This document shows, piece after piece, positions 25,641 to 39,246 of a DNA stretch of 64,000 bases. A program made the position numbers and the translations under genes. Source of the DNA: Octopus vulgaris (Eukaryota); NCBI GenBank assembly GCA_951406725.2, contig OX597819.1, positions 94,178,001-94,242,000 on the forward strand, read 5' to 3'. Position 1 is the first letter of the stretch. The number at the start of each line of letters is the position of its first letter. The notes beneath the pieces are model-generated. The model made no database searches, had not been told where the DNA came from, and was given only the letters and a program-made list of their open reading frames with translations.

Positions 25641-26199
25641 TTTCATTGGATGCTAGGACATTTAAGAAATCCATAATCTTGGAAAATTAAATGTTAGCCT
25701 GTGTCATCAAAGTTAATCCATGAGAGTGTGGTAAAAATTAAAAATAACAAAGTTAGTTATTAATATGTGTGGAAAAGCAATGTTTCAAGTAAAAGCTCCT
25801 TATCAAGGCAAAAAAGAATTTCAAAAAATTTGTAAAGGGAGATAATATACATAGGCTACTTGCCTGACAAGATCAATCAAAACTAATATAAAATAATGTA
25901 GGCCAGTTTATATGATTTCTATTGTTGTTTTAATTCATATCTTTCATTATATTCATTAACTTGTTCATGGCAATATAGCAGTTTTGTAGGAGCTTATTGT
26001 ACTAACTGAGAGAAGTGTAGGTTTTGTACAAGCAGTTTTTTGATTAGCAGCTGAAGTATATGTGATCCTACTTTGTTAGTTATACCTTCAGCTTTACATT
26101 TTTAGACACAATGATACAATTTTAATTTAAGTTTGATATTTCATTAGAACATGTTACAAAGTTTACTTTCATTCTCCTTAGATATTTCTATTTAAAATC

Positions 26200-26420
<221 letters not shown>

Positions 26421-26749
26421 TAGCTCCAGCTCAGCCCTAATTTCGTAAACTTATTATCAAAGGTATTCTAGCTGCAATCATCTTGTCCGTTCCCTAACTA
26501 TAGTGTACCTAGGACTACGTTCTTCAGTGTGTTTTTCCTTTTTTTAAGACAATAGGATAGAATTTGGAAGGGAGGGGGGTTTGGCTGCTATTTCTAACAA
26601 CTTAATCATGCAGATTCCTTTACCATATCTGGACTCTCATTTCATGTGTTTCTTTCATTTATACCTCTCACATAAATATTTATAGCCTGTAGTTGATTAA
26701 AGGTAACACTATGAGTTCCCACATTTCTTGAATAAGAGTTTATAGTAGT

Positions 26750-26865
26750 GCATAAGAGGCAGCGTCAGATGTAGTGTGCAGGTCAAAAAACTGCTGGTAT
26801 AGTCATGTAATGTGTGTGGATGATGACAATTACATAAAGAAATGCTGATCACTAGGAAGACCAAC
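26750..26865 (+). mobile_element. RTE LINE C-terminal fragment
   Basis: SVRCSVQVKKL / WYSHVMCVDDDNYIKKC resembles the RTE RRLRWYGHVMRM motif. Confidence 0.55.
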
Positions 26866-26889
26866 CTCATTGAGGAGAGAGCAAAGGAC

Positions 26890-26998
26890 CAAGATGTATT
26901 AGTATAATGCTCAGGAATAGAAAAAATCTTTTACGTTTCGAGCCTACGCTCTTCTACAGAAAGAGAAAAAACAAGGAAGGAAACAAGGAGAGAAAAAA
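26890..26998 (-). mobile_element. Penelope-like terminal fragment with minimal hammerhead variant (26928-26963)
   Basis: Homologous to 58070-58170. Minus strand: CUUU-CUGUAGA-A-GAGC-GUAG-GCUC-GAAA-CG-UA-AAAG. Confidence 0.7.
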
Positions 26999-27051
26999 AA
27001 ATATATATATATACATGCATGCATGCATACATGTATGCATACATACGTATT

Positions 27052-27098
<47 letters not shown>

Positions 27099-27583
27099 CA
27101 AGAGAGAGAGAGACACTGAATACACTATTCTTTCTCTCTCTCTCTCAGTTAATATCAATTTATTCAACGTTTGATCTGTTTATTATCACTTAGTAGTCAT
27201 TTTGATCTCCTTCCATTGTAATACATTTGAAATCAACTTTCATCAGGTATAAACAGCATACACAGCTGATATAAACCAGTTGCTACATTCTGAGAGAATA
27301 ATGTAAACATGTTTACATACAAAAGCAAGAATACTTTAAAGGTGCAGCCTTCTTTGCTAGTGTATAATACTATATTTAATCACGTTTCCCTAGTTTCTAA
27401 GATAAAGAATTGCTAGATAGCTAAAGACAAATCAGTCTGCTGGTTTCATCTGTTGTAGTGTTTGATACTCTTCCTTCCAATTAGTGTATGCTTTCTTTAT
27501 CCTCAGATATACTACATTATATGTATGTGTGTGTGTATGCACATGTGTATGTGTGTGCATGTGTGTGTACATTTGTATATGTA

Positions 27584-27870
27584 TCATCATCATCATCGTT
27601 TAACATCTGTTTTCCACGCTGGCATAGGTTGGACAGTTTGACTGAGGTCTAGAGAGCCAGTGGCTGCACCAGGCTCCAATATGGTCTGGTAATGTTTCAA
27701 CAGCTGGATGCCCCTCCTAATGCCAACCACTCCAAGAGTATAGTGGGTGCTTTTTATGTGCCACCAGCACAGGAGTCAGTCAGGCGGGCCTGGCAGTGAT
27801 CACGTTTGGATAGTGATTTTTATATGCCACTGGCACAGGGGCCAGTTGGTGGTTACTGGTATCAGCCAGC
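27584..27870 (-). mobile_element. SINE family B
   Basis: (CAT)n tail and conserved body. Confidence 0.8.
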
Positions 27871-28329
27871 CACTACACATTCTTTATTTTCTCTCCTTGT
27901 TTCTTTGCTGATGTTATGCCTGTGTTTTATTTAGTTGTATACCACAGGTATCTAACACATTAACTAGTTTTTAAGTGGTTAAACTCAGTTAATGGCTGAG
28001 TGAGCAAGAGAGTCTATATGTTGTTGCATGTCCTGCAAGAAATAGCAGTTTAATCATATTGTATGTTTGGGGGAGGGGTTCCTTTTTGTTTATTTTAATT
28101 GGGACTAACTGGATTATATAGTGCTAGGTACATTGTGTCTGAGAAAAATTGACCAATGATCGTGGCTGGAATACCTTTAATCATACACCTGCTAAAGATC
28201 AACAATAAACAGTTTATTAGTTATTCTACATTAACAAGAACACAAACTTCAGAATAAGAAAACTGTTATTTCAAGATTTAAGGTCAATAACATCAAAATG
28301 ATTTCATACACACCTTGATATATAATATA

Positions 28330-28628
28330 CCATCTGAAAGTGTTTGTTGCCAGGCCCACCTTACTGGCTCCAGTGCCGGTGGCACATAAAAAGCACCAAC
28401 CGGTTGTGATTAATGCCAGTAGCCACTGACTAGCTTCTGTGCTGGTGGCACGCAAAAAGCACCATCTGAACTTGAGCATTGCCAGGCCCACCTTACTGGT
28501 TCCTGTGCTGGTGGCACATAAAAAGCACCCTCTCTTCTGGAGTGGTTGGCATTAGGAAGGGCACCCAGCTGTAGAAACTCTGCCAGATCAGATTGGAGCC
28601 TGGTGCAGCCACTTGCTCTCCAAACCTC
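28330..28628 (+). mobile_element. SINE family B, 3'-truncated
   Basis: GGTGGCACATAAAAAGCACC units then GGTTGGCATTAGGAAGGGCACCCAGCTGTAGAAAC. Confidence 0.8.
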
Positions 28629-28748
28629 ACTCACAAAGCTTTGGTCAGCCCAAGGCTATAGTAGAAGACACTTGCCCAAGGTGCCATGCAGTGGGACTGA
28701 ACCCGGAACCATGTGGTTGGTAAGCAAGCTACTTACCACACAGCCACT
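28629..28748 (-). mobile_element. SINE family A, 5' part only
   Basis: Reverse complement of the family A head (...GCTACTTACCACACAGCCACT). Confidence 0.85.
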
Positions 28749-30224
28749 ATATATATATATGTATAATTGGTGACCAGTGACATTGTTAAAAATGCTATTG
28801 TGTGTTTGCTATATATAAAAGACTGATATTTTAGTCTAGCACGAAGATAATAAAGTTGCCAGCAATAATACTTAATCACAAAATAGACGGATAGAAAATA
28901 TTTATTTGATACATTTTTATAAAGGAAATATTTATTAGAAATAAAATCTACATTTAGATGTCAAAAAATATTAATACCCTTAACATTGAATAAATTAATA
29001 AAACATTTTACTTCTAGTTTTATTTATTTCTTTTCTTTTCTTACGGAAAATTATATATTTTGAAAATAAGCCATAGAATAAAAGTTTCTTTATGCACATG
29101 CATATATTGTGTGAATAAATACATATTTCTCTGAGTGTGCTGATGTGTGTGATAGAAAGAAAGTGAGTGAGACAGACACAGGGAGAGAGAGAGAGAGAGG
29201 GAGGGAGAGATTAACTGTTCCAAGCATTAAAATAAGACAGACTTTGGAAAACATAAACTGAAAAATATTAGGCACTAAAAATATTTCTCAAAATATAATT
29301 CTCAAAACTCGAAAAGAATCACATTGAAGACTTTTCCAAATAAGCTTTAATATTATTTGATTTATTGTTTCAGCTTAAATGCTTGGATGAACTAAAAATG
29401 TCAGTTTGAATTTGGATTAGAGAAATATGCATAGAGAGAGGAAAAAATAAAATATGTACAATTGTATATCAATATAACCCTTGTAAAACATTATTACATT
29501 TGGTCTGTGTATATTCTCATTTAAAATTTTAGCTTCAGTATTTTTCAACAACTATTTAACTAAATGAATGACAAGTCTTCTTTTATTAAATTTCCTGATT
29601 ATTCATAGTAACAATAAATATATTAAATCAGATGTAAGTATTGTATTACACACTTGCAAGACAGTGAAGTTTGCAAAATGGTTCATAATAATCTTTCTTT
29701 TATTCCAAACACACTGGAAAATTCTTCCAGTTAGCACATACTAACAGACCATTTTGTGACTTAGAATAAGCATACCTCAATAAACATGTGAAGATACTAG
29801 CAGTTAATAGCATCTATTTATTTTTGTTTTTGTGGGTTTTTTTCATATTTACATATCTGTGGATAACAGATGAGCCAATAAGAGAATCTCTATGCAGTTG
29901 CTTAACTTGTTAAAAATAGCAGTCAAATCTCCCTCAAATTACTCTAACTTACTGAGGAAGCCGTTATACAATTACTCATTCTGCTGGAAATAGCAGCCAA
30001 ATCTCTTTCATCTTACATAACAATATGATACCTTCTACATGCATACTTTGCATGCTAGAAATATCAACCAAATATTTCTCAAATCACATCAAGACAGTGG
30101 AGACATTTATGTGGTTCCTTAATTTGCAGAAAATACCTATTGAACCTTCCTCAAAAAAATCTCATTGAGATAAAGACGGAGCATTTATATGGTCACTTAA
30201 CTTGCTACAAACGGCACAGCAAAC

Positions 30225-30564
30225 GGCACCGTGGGCAAGTGTCTTCTACTGTAGCCTCGGGCCGACCAAAGCCTTGTGAGTGGATTTGGTAGACGGAAAC
30301 TGAAAGAAGCCCATCATATATATGTATATATATATATATGCGTGTGTGGGCTTGTGTGTCTCTGTTTGTCCCCCTAGCATTGCTTGACAACTGATGCTGG
30401 TGTGTTTATGTCCCCGTTACTTAGCGGTTCGGCAAAAGAGACCGATAGAATAAGTACTGGGCTTACAAAAGAATAAGTCCCAGGGTCGAGTTGCTCGATT
30501 AAAGGCGGTGCTCCAGCATGGCCGCAGTCAAATGACTGAAACAAGTAAAAGAGAAAAGAGAGAG
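30225..30564 (+). mobile_element. SINE family A, 5'-truncated
   Basis: Starts at GGCACCGTGGGCAAGTGTCTTC and has a complete 3' tail. Confidence 0.9.
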
Positions 30565-31420
30565 ATATCTATATGAACCAGTGAAAAAAAGACATGATGG
30601 TAACGGCTAGAATGATTCTGTTCATGGCACAGCACATTAAGAGTCGACCTGTGGCGAAACAACAATGACAACAACAATGCATGCTTTTTGTTATTTTTGA
30701 TGGCACTGTAATGGTTTACAAGTTAACTACTACAATCATTTAGTTGTGATTTGGCTTGTCTGACCTTTTAACTGATGTACTGTTTCTAAATCTGTATATT
30801 TTAGAAATACCTATATTATAAACATTGTCTGCTTTACAAGCAGTAATCACACAATTCTTGGTAGAGATAAAGCTAAGTTCAGTTGCATGGATACCACAGA
30901 AGTAAGAAGTCTCAGCTGCTTCAAATCTAAAATTTTCAGCTGGAATAGAAGTAATAAATCTATATAGCTTTATCTTAACATGATATAAATTCAGTTCTGT
31001 AATCAATAGTTAGAAATAGCATGACACCTAGTGGTAAGTGTGTTTGGCTTATAAACTCAGAGGTTCAATTCCTAGATCAGGCAGTGCATTATACTCTTGA
31101 GCAAGTCACTTCATTTCACCTTGATCCAATCTACTTAACAGTAATGAGTACCAGACAAGTGCTTGTACAGGCCTCTCTCTCTCTGTCATATACAAGATGT
31201 TCTGTTTTGTCAAGAGCGAAAGGGCTGGGAGGCCACCTCTATCTGCTCATGGCTATATTAACATCCTCATCATCATCGTCATCATCATCATCATCATCGT
31301 CATCATTTTAACATCTATTTTTTCCATGCTTTATTGTCAAGATGTGTACATTTATATATGTTGTGTGTGTACCTACATACATGCATAATACATATATACA
31401 CACACACACACATATATATA

Positions 31421-31575
31421 TCATCATCATCATCATCATTTAATGTCCACCTTCCATTCTAGCATGGGCTGGACGGCTTGACAGGAACTGGCTAGGTAGG
31501 AGCCTGCACCAGACTTCTGTATCTGTTTTGGCATCGTTTTTACAGTTGGATGCCCTTCCTAACACCAACCACCCA

Positions 31576-31578
<3 letters not shown>
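31421..31578 (-). mobile_element. SINE family B, 3' part
   Basis: (CAT)n...CTAGCATGGGCTGGAC...GGATGCCCTTCCTAACACCAACCAC. Confidence 0.75.
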
Positions 31579-31626
<48 letters not shown>

Positions 31627-32040
31627 TATTAATTCATAATTCCCCCCAATTAATCAATAAACAGACAAAGCATTCTCTACACATAAGCATTAGTTCTACT
31701 GCATCTTTAGATTCTTCCATAGGTCCAAATGCAAGTAAAGTCAACACACATAACACTTTCCTATATGCATCCATGGTTGTTACAATATACAATGTTTTTT
31801 TCATTTCCTTTTCTCCTCTGTCAGCATAAATATCTTTGAAGCTAGCTAGCTTTAGTTCTTTAAGTTTTAAATTTTCAATTTAACTTTTAATTTTTAATTT
31901 TTAATCTTTAATTTATATCCTTTATCCATTTAATTGTAGTTTTATCCTATATATACCCCCTTAAGCTAGGCTTCTAGTTTTAGGTATCCCTACTGACCAC
32001 TGAACTAAATATTCTGTTTGACCATACCTAACCTAGAATT

Positions 32041-32175
32041 CTTTGCCTTTCATCCTTTCGGGGTCGATAAATTAAGTACCAGTTATGCACTGGGGTCGAT
32101 GTAATCGACTTAATCCCTTTGTCTGTCCTTGTTTGTCCCCTCTATGTTAATCCCCCTGTGGGTAGTAAAGAAATA
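32041..32175 (+). mobile_element. SINE family C, 5'-truncated
   Basis: CTTTGCCTTTCATCCTTTCGGGGTCGATAAATTAAGTACC...GTAAAGAAATA. Confidence 0.85.
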
Positions 32176-32726
32176 TATAATTAATAGACATAAATACCTC
32201 CCTCCTCCACTTTATCAAAACCTTAACGCCTTGCCTCTCACCCCTGAACTGACATTTACTGGAATCTTATCTCAATCTTTATTTTTATGTTTCTTATTTT
32301 TTGATTTTTGATTTTTGGTCTTACTATACTTTCATTCTCATTCATTCTTTCCCACACCTATTCCATTCCTTTCTTTCTTCTCTCTTTCTCCTCTCTCCTG
32401 TATCCACTCACTCACAACCCATTTCTGTCTATCTTGATGTCTGTCTTTCTCACTCTATCTACCCATGGGACCATTAACATACTAGCTAACCACTTAATCC
32501 ATTACTTCAACATGAACAAATACTGCCCAGATTTACCTGGGATTATACCTAAGGGCCTATACCTTCATGGAAATATGAACCAACCTCCATACCCTCTGGG
32601 AAAAGATGATTTGTGAACTTTATTCTCTTCTCTTTATTTTTCTATCTACTTTTACTGTCTGTTCTTCTATTCTGTTCCTTATAAACTGTGAATTTCCTAT
32701 CTAGAACTTTCATACATACTCACGTT

Positions 32727-32802
32727 GTCTCTGATGATGGAATACCCAGTGTATAGAGATTCTAGCCTATCACTTTGGATTTCCCAGAAACAGCTGTAAG
32801 GC
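32727..32802 (+). ncRNA. type I hammerhead ribozyme motif, intact core
   Basis: GUCU-CUGAUGA-UGG...CCA-GAAA-CAGCUG-UA-AGGC, with the same palindromic stem III as the 5918 motif. Confidence 0.65.
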
Positions 32803-33029
32803 TTCAAATTCAACTTACCCTAATTAAATTATTATAAATGACTTGAGATACTCATCCTGCCTTGGTCTTTGTTGTCCTGTTTCCTCTAATATAATACATA
32901 CCTGCTGACACAGAAGCCTAATATGGATCCATAGCTCCGGCCTCAGCTGTGAAATTGAAACCTAATGGATTATATATAGCACTTACTCAGCGTACCTATT
33001 CATTTAGATCACCAGTGAACTAAACCCCT

Positions 33030-33182
33030 CATTGGAGTGGTTGGCATTAGGAAGGGCATCCAGCTGTAGAAACACTACCAGATCAGACTGGAGCCTGGTG
33101 CAGCCTCCTGGCTTCCCAGACCCCAGTCGAACCGTCCAACCCATGCTAGCATGGAAAACGGACATTAAACGATGATGATGAT
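33030..33182 (+). mobile_element. SINE family B, 3' part
   Basis: GGAAGGGCATCCAGCTGTAGAAAC...CATGCTAGCATGGAAAACGGACATTAAACGATGATGATG. Confidence 0.85.
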
Positions 33183-33867
33183 ATATATGTATATATATAT
33201 ACACATAGAAATACATGCTCACACACACACAACACACACACAACACACACACACGCATACGCACGGCAGGTTTTTTTCACAGCTTCCATCTAACAAATTC
33301 TCTCACAAGGCAATGGTCAGCACAGAGAAACAGCTTGTGCCAAACAAAAGGACTAAACTTGAAACCAGATGATTGAGAAACAAACTTCTTGACCACATAG
33401 TAATACCTGTACCTATAATTGCCCCTGAATCATTACATAATTAGTGCAGCTTTCAAGCAAGTCTGTCAAATACCAACTTCATATTTTAACATGTAAAACA
33501 AAAACCAATTAGAGATATTTCCTCTATTGAACCTTTACATGTGAGAACATCTGACAAGAAATCAATCATATATGTGAAAGTGTATAAATTCTAACAAGAC
33601 AATTACTCAATTGCTCTTTAGTAGCCATGGGAAATATCAGAAAATTTTGTTAGTGCTCTTAAGGGTCAGTGTTAGCTTCACAAAGTTTGGTTTTGGTACT
33701 TCACTTTCTAACTACTGACAAGAGTAACCATATTGAAATGTGATGTTAATTCTACAAGACATTGGCATAAAGTCAAACCTATGCCAATTCTTGCTCATTT
33801 CTAAACAAAGTAATTCTACCTGAAATTAATCATGAAGCTAGTTTAGAGAGACTTACAATCATTTTAT

Positions 33868-34065
33868 ATTCATCATCACTATCATGATCATCATCATAGT
33901 CATCGTCACCATCATTGTCCTCATCATTATTGTCATCATAATCATCATCATTACCATCATCATCATCACCATCACTATCATCATCATAATAATCATAATC
34001 ATCTTCATCATCACCTTCATCATAATCATCATCATTATCATCAGCAGCAGCAGTAGCAGCAGCAG
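33868..34065. repeat. degenerate (CAT)n/(CAG)n microsatellite
   Basis: Direct reading. Confidence 0.9.
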
Positions 34066-34542
34066 CTTTCTTCCATATCAGCAGTATTGCATTCTTTCAA
34101 CACTGTCACAAATTAAACACTCAATCTAGTATCACTTTTCTGCAGTTATTAATTAATTAAATTAGTTAATTAATTATTTTTTATGATGATAATGAGCCTT
34201 CACTTTCTCAGGTTATGTCAAATCATTTACTTTCTTGGCTTTGTTATATTCATATTTACCTCTATTTCACAACTCAAACCAGTGATATATATATATATAT
34301 ATATATATTTATCATCAGTAGCAGCATCATTTAACATCCATGTTCCATGTCTTGTTAGGGGTTCTATTAGGAAACAGGTGAGGTTGACGACAGGAAAAAT
34401 ATCCAGTAGTAGAAAATGTCTTTCAATGAATTCCGTTTGATCCACAAAAGCTTGCATATGCATATATATACATATAAGCACATATATACATATATGTGCA
34501 TATGTATTCATGTATGTATGTATGTATGTCTAATATTATGTA

Positions 34543-34760
34543 TAGAAACGTTAGCACGCCGGGCGAAATGCGTAGCCGTATTTCGTCTGCCGTTACATTC
34601 TGAGTTCAAATTCCGCCGAGGTCGACTTTGCCTTTCATCCTTTTGGGGTCGATAAATTAAGTACTAGTTACGCACTGAGGTCGATGTAATCGACTTAATC
34701 CGTTTGTCTGTCCTTGTTTATCCCCTCTGTGTTTAGCCCCTTGTGGGTAGTAAAGAAATA
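34543..34760 (+). mobile_element. SINE family C
   Basis: GAAACGTTAGCACGCCGGGCGAAATG...GAGTTCAAATTCCGCCGAGGTCGAC...GTAAAGAAATA. Confidence 0.9.
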
Positions 34761-35008
34761 TATATATATATTGTTTATTTATATACTATATCATCATCAT
34801 CATCATTATTTAACGTCCACCTTCCATGTTGGCATGGGTTGATTATATATACATTTACATATATGCATGTATATATATGTACATCATATATATATATGTA
34901 TGTATATATATATGTATATATATATATGTATATATATGTATGTATATGTATATATATATATGTATGTATATATATGTATATATAAATATGTATGTATATA
35001 TATATATG

Positions 35009-35040
<32 letters not shown>

Positions 35041-35098
35041 TATGTATGTATGTATGTATATGTATATATATATATGTATGTATATATATATGTGTATG

Positions 35099-35143
<45 letters not shown>

Positions 35144-35144
<1 letters not shown>

Positions 35145-35561
35145 CATCATCATACATCCATTGTCCATGCTAGCTTACATTCGATGGATTGACCAGGCTG
35201 GAACACTGGAAGGCTGCACCAGATTCCAGTCCGATTTTGCATGGTTTTCTATGGCTGGATGCCATTCCTAACTTGCCAACCACTCTGAGAGTATAGTGGG
35301 TGCTTTCACATGCCACCAGCACAGCTGCCGTTTGCATGACACTGGGGTGCTTTTACATGCCACCAGTACAGGTGCCAATTTGTGTGACACCGGTATCTGT
35401 CACGACTGCAATTTTGTTCAGCTTGATGGGGCTTCTCAAGCATGACTAAATGCTAAAGGTCTCAATCATTACCTTTGTGGGGTCCAACACTTGAAAGGAA
35501 CTCAGCCACTTTGCTTCTGTGAGGCCCAATGCTTAAAGGGTGTTCTTTACATGCCACCAGC
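35144..35561 (-). mobile_element. SINE family B, diverged long copy
   Basis: Conserved body and several TGCTTTTACATGCCACCAG units. Confidence 0.7.
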
Positions 35562-36009
35562 ATTTATATCATATACTTATATATATATATATATGAATCT
35601 GTATACGTATATGTATATATCATATATATGTGTGTGTATATATATATATTAATACATACATATACATGTGCATATATATATATATACATATATATATACA
35701 CACACACACATACATACATACACATACATATGTATTCAAACAAACTTTCTGGATTAAATCAAAATATTGAGTCTGTTATAAAGTACAGTAGTTGTTGTTT
35801 AACCCTTGGATCTATGATCAAAAGGTGCTCCAGCAATGACAATCCCACCATTTTAGAAGTAATTAGGACTATATTACTAAATAAATTTTTCTCTTTCTTT
35901 ACTTCAGTCAGCAGGGTGGGATTGGGGTTGGATCTTGACAAATCATTTTAACCATGCCTGCCTGATTGATGGGCATTAAATGATAATCATGATGATGAGT
36001 GGGTGGAAG

Positions 36010-36087
<78 letters not shown>

Positions 36088-36310
36088 CCATATAAGAATC
36101 CATAAGTTAGAAAAATATGCACTTATTTGTAAAGAAGGTATATTGATCAAAGTATACCATATCTTCTATTATTGTCAACTCTGAAGAGTGAAGGGTTACA
36201 TAATTCAGCTGTTATCTAACATCCATGAATCCCCAGTGCAGAACCAGATGTTAAAATCAACCATAATGGGCATATAATATTATTCATTTCGATGAATATA
36301 TACATATTGA

Positions 36311-36388
36311 GATGGATGGATGGATGGATGGGTGGGTGGGTGGATGGATGGATGGATGGATGGATGGATGGATGGATGGATGGATGGC
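36311..36388. repeat. (GGAT)n microsatellite
   Basis: Direct reading. Confidence 0.95.
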
Positions 36389-36861
36389 TTCAAACATAAC
36401 TGAGCAATACATTTACTAAAAACAATAACAACAGAATATTTCAAATAGAAAACCGAAAATATTTTATATGAATATACACTAACTTCATAAAGATATTTAA
36501 AGTTGTTAACTAGAATGGATATTATAAGAGCAAAAAAAAAATCAGTTTTCTTGTCCACAAGGAACAAAGCAAAACATGAAAATCCAATATAGTATTGAGA
36601 TATTATTTTTTTGTTTGTTTTGTTTGTTTATTTGTTTGTTAGCTAGTTTGTTTGTTTTTTGTAATTGTTGTTGTTTTCAGTTGCAGAAATGATGTTTCTA
36701 ATGGATTTAAATGAAAATTATTTCCACATGCTAAGTTTTACAGGAAATCATAGTTTATATCTCAGTGGCTCAACCTGCTTGAATACTGAAATAACATGGT
36801 TAACAGCTCACTTCCATATATAATGCATTAATTATAAAAGTGTGAATGTGTGTGTGTATAT

Positions 36862-36918
<57 letters not shown>

Positions 36919-37488
36919 TATATATACATGCACACACACATACATTATGTATATTTTCCTGAGGAACCACAGCAGATGTATGCTTAGATAAATTATGTTG
37001 CCAGCGAGAATGCGTTTGTGAAAATGCTGACACTGCAAGCTTTTTGAAAGCTTTCTGTTTCCATTGTCAAACTATTACTTTAGTGAGGTCTGCAAACCAT
37101 TTGTTGATCTGCTCTATGCTTGCTATTTACTGCTATATAATCAGATTTAGAAAGAAGCAAAAAAAAAAAAAAGGAAATAACAAGAAATGTGCTCCAGTGA
37201 ACTGGTTGCTATGGAGAAGATTTGCACTATTCCTATCCTATGATCAAAACTATTCAACTTCTTTATCCAGGATATTTTCTTCATATTTTAGTTTCTGGAA
37301 CCGTTGTCAGTAAATTTTTCTGTTTCATTTGACTATTTAATTTGATAAATGTATTACACTATTGTCATAACTAATAACCAGCCTTTTCTTAAATTTATAT
37401 TGTAGGTCACCTGAGAAATGCATGTGTATGCAAAGCTATATATACGTTGTGTGTCTGTATGCTTATAACTTTATACACACACACAAAC

Positions 37489-37519
<31 letters not shown>

Positions 37520-37714
37520 TGTATGTATGTATGTATGTATAGATCTAGATATAGGTATATATTTTAGACACATACATGTGAGCAAAAACACTCCCACACA
37601 TATACACAGAGACACATACACAGAAGCTTACATACATCTGTAAATTTGTCAGCAGATCAAGATGTTGATGAAGCTAAATTTAATGAACATAATCTTTATA
37701 TATGTATAAACATG

Positions 37715-37839
<125 letters not shown>

Positions 37840-38466
37840 GCACCATGCCACACAAGCGGGAGAATCCAGTCATGGCTGTCAGACAATATATATATTCACC
37901 ATTGCTGGGTAAGGATCTGGAAAAGGAGTAGTGCAGTACTTTATTTAATCTAGTCCTGTGATCTGTTACTCTGAACTTTCAGCCATGTCTTGTTATTGGT
38001 TGTATCTTTCAGTTGTGTCTTACCACTTGTACAGGCAAGAGATAGGCTAAAAGACACACCACAGTACAATCCTACACTCGATGGATACTCAAATACAATC
38101 TCACATACACATGCACATATTCGAACATTCTCAGACCCACACATGTGAACTCACAGGCACATACCTAAGTACAAACACATGTTGATGTGGTCAGGGATTG
38201 AGAAAAAGGGAGTAGTTCAATACATGCATAAGCACTCCTATCCAGCAAGAGATACACATATACATGTAAAAGTTTTTATATGTATTTTTCGTCTTCAGTC
38301 ATGCTTCCACCATTAAAGTGGTGTAACATGTCTTTCTTGCTTAGTTTGACTTGTCTAAAGAACGGTTGCACGCCAGGAAAATTCATGTGTAACAGTTCAC
38401 TGAACCAGACAGAAAAATTTAGCATCAACAACAAGTAAAGAAACTTTCTGATCAACTAAAACATAC

Positions 38467-38702
38467 TTATGTTTTTACTACCCACAAGAGGCTACACGCA
38501 GAGGGGACAAACAAGGACAGACAAATGGATTAAGTCGAGTATATCGACCCCAGTGCGTAACTGGTACTTAATATATCGACCCCGAAAGGATGAAAGGCAA
38601 AGTCGACCCTGGCAGAATTTGAACTCAGAACGTAACAGCAGATGAAATACCGCAAAGCATTTTCGCCTGCCATGCTAATGTTTCTGCCAGCTTGCTGCCT
38701 TA
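38467..38702 (-). mobile_element. SINE family C with 14-bp TSD
   Basis: TSD CAACTAAAACATAC at 38453-38466 and 38703-38716. Confidence 0.92.
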
Positions 38703-39246
38703 CAACTAAAACATACCATCTGCCTATATTCTTTTATGAACCCTTTACATAAAAGCTGCACACTCAGTTACAAAGTTCTAAATGCTGAATTAAGCTTAGA
38801 ACTTTGATATTTACATTCTCAAAGAAAAGGATTAAATCCAATAAAATCAACAATAACTAAAACTAGCATCACATCTACTGACCAAAAAACTCTTTCTACT
38901 TATCTACATTCTTTTGTGCACCTAAAAAACAATCCTATGATCTGAAGCTGATACACCTAAATATACACACCTGTTTACACACATGAATAAATTTTGATCA
39001 AAACATAATCCCAAATTTAATTAATAAAAAATTTCTCCTTAACATCTTTCTGTCACAACCTACTCTACAACCTAATTCCCATTCAACAGAACACCACCTA
39101 TTCAGGGAAAAAATTACCTGAACAGTGACTATATAAAGCCAAGGTCAAATTCAGTGCATCACAGTCCGATGGTTTAACAGATCAAAATTTCAAAGTCATT
39201 GTCACTACTATTCTTGTTAAAGAATTTTATGTGTGTGTGTGTGTTT

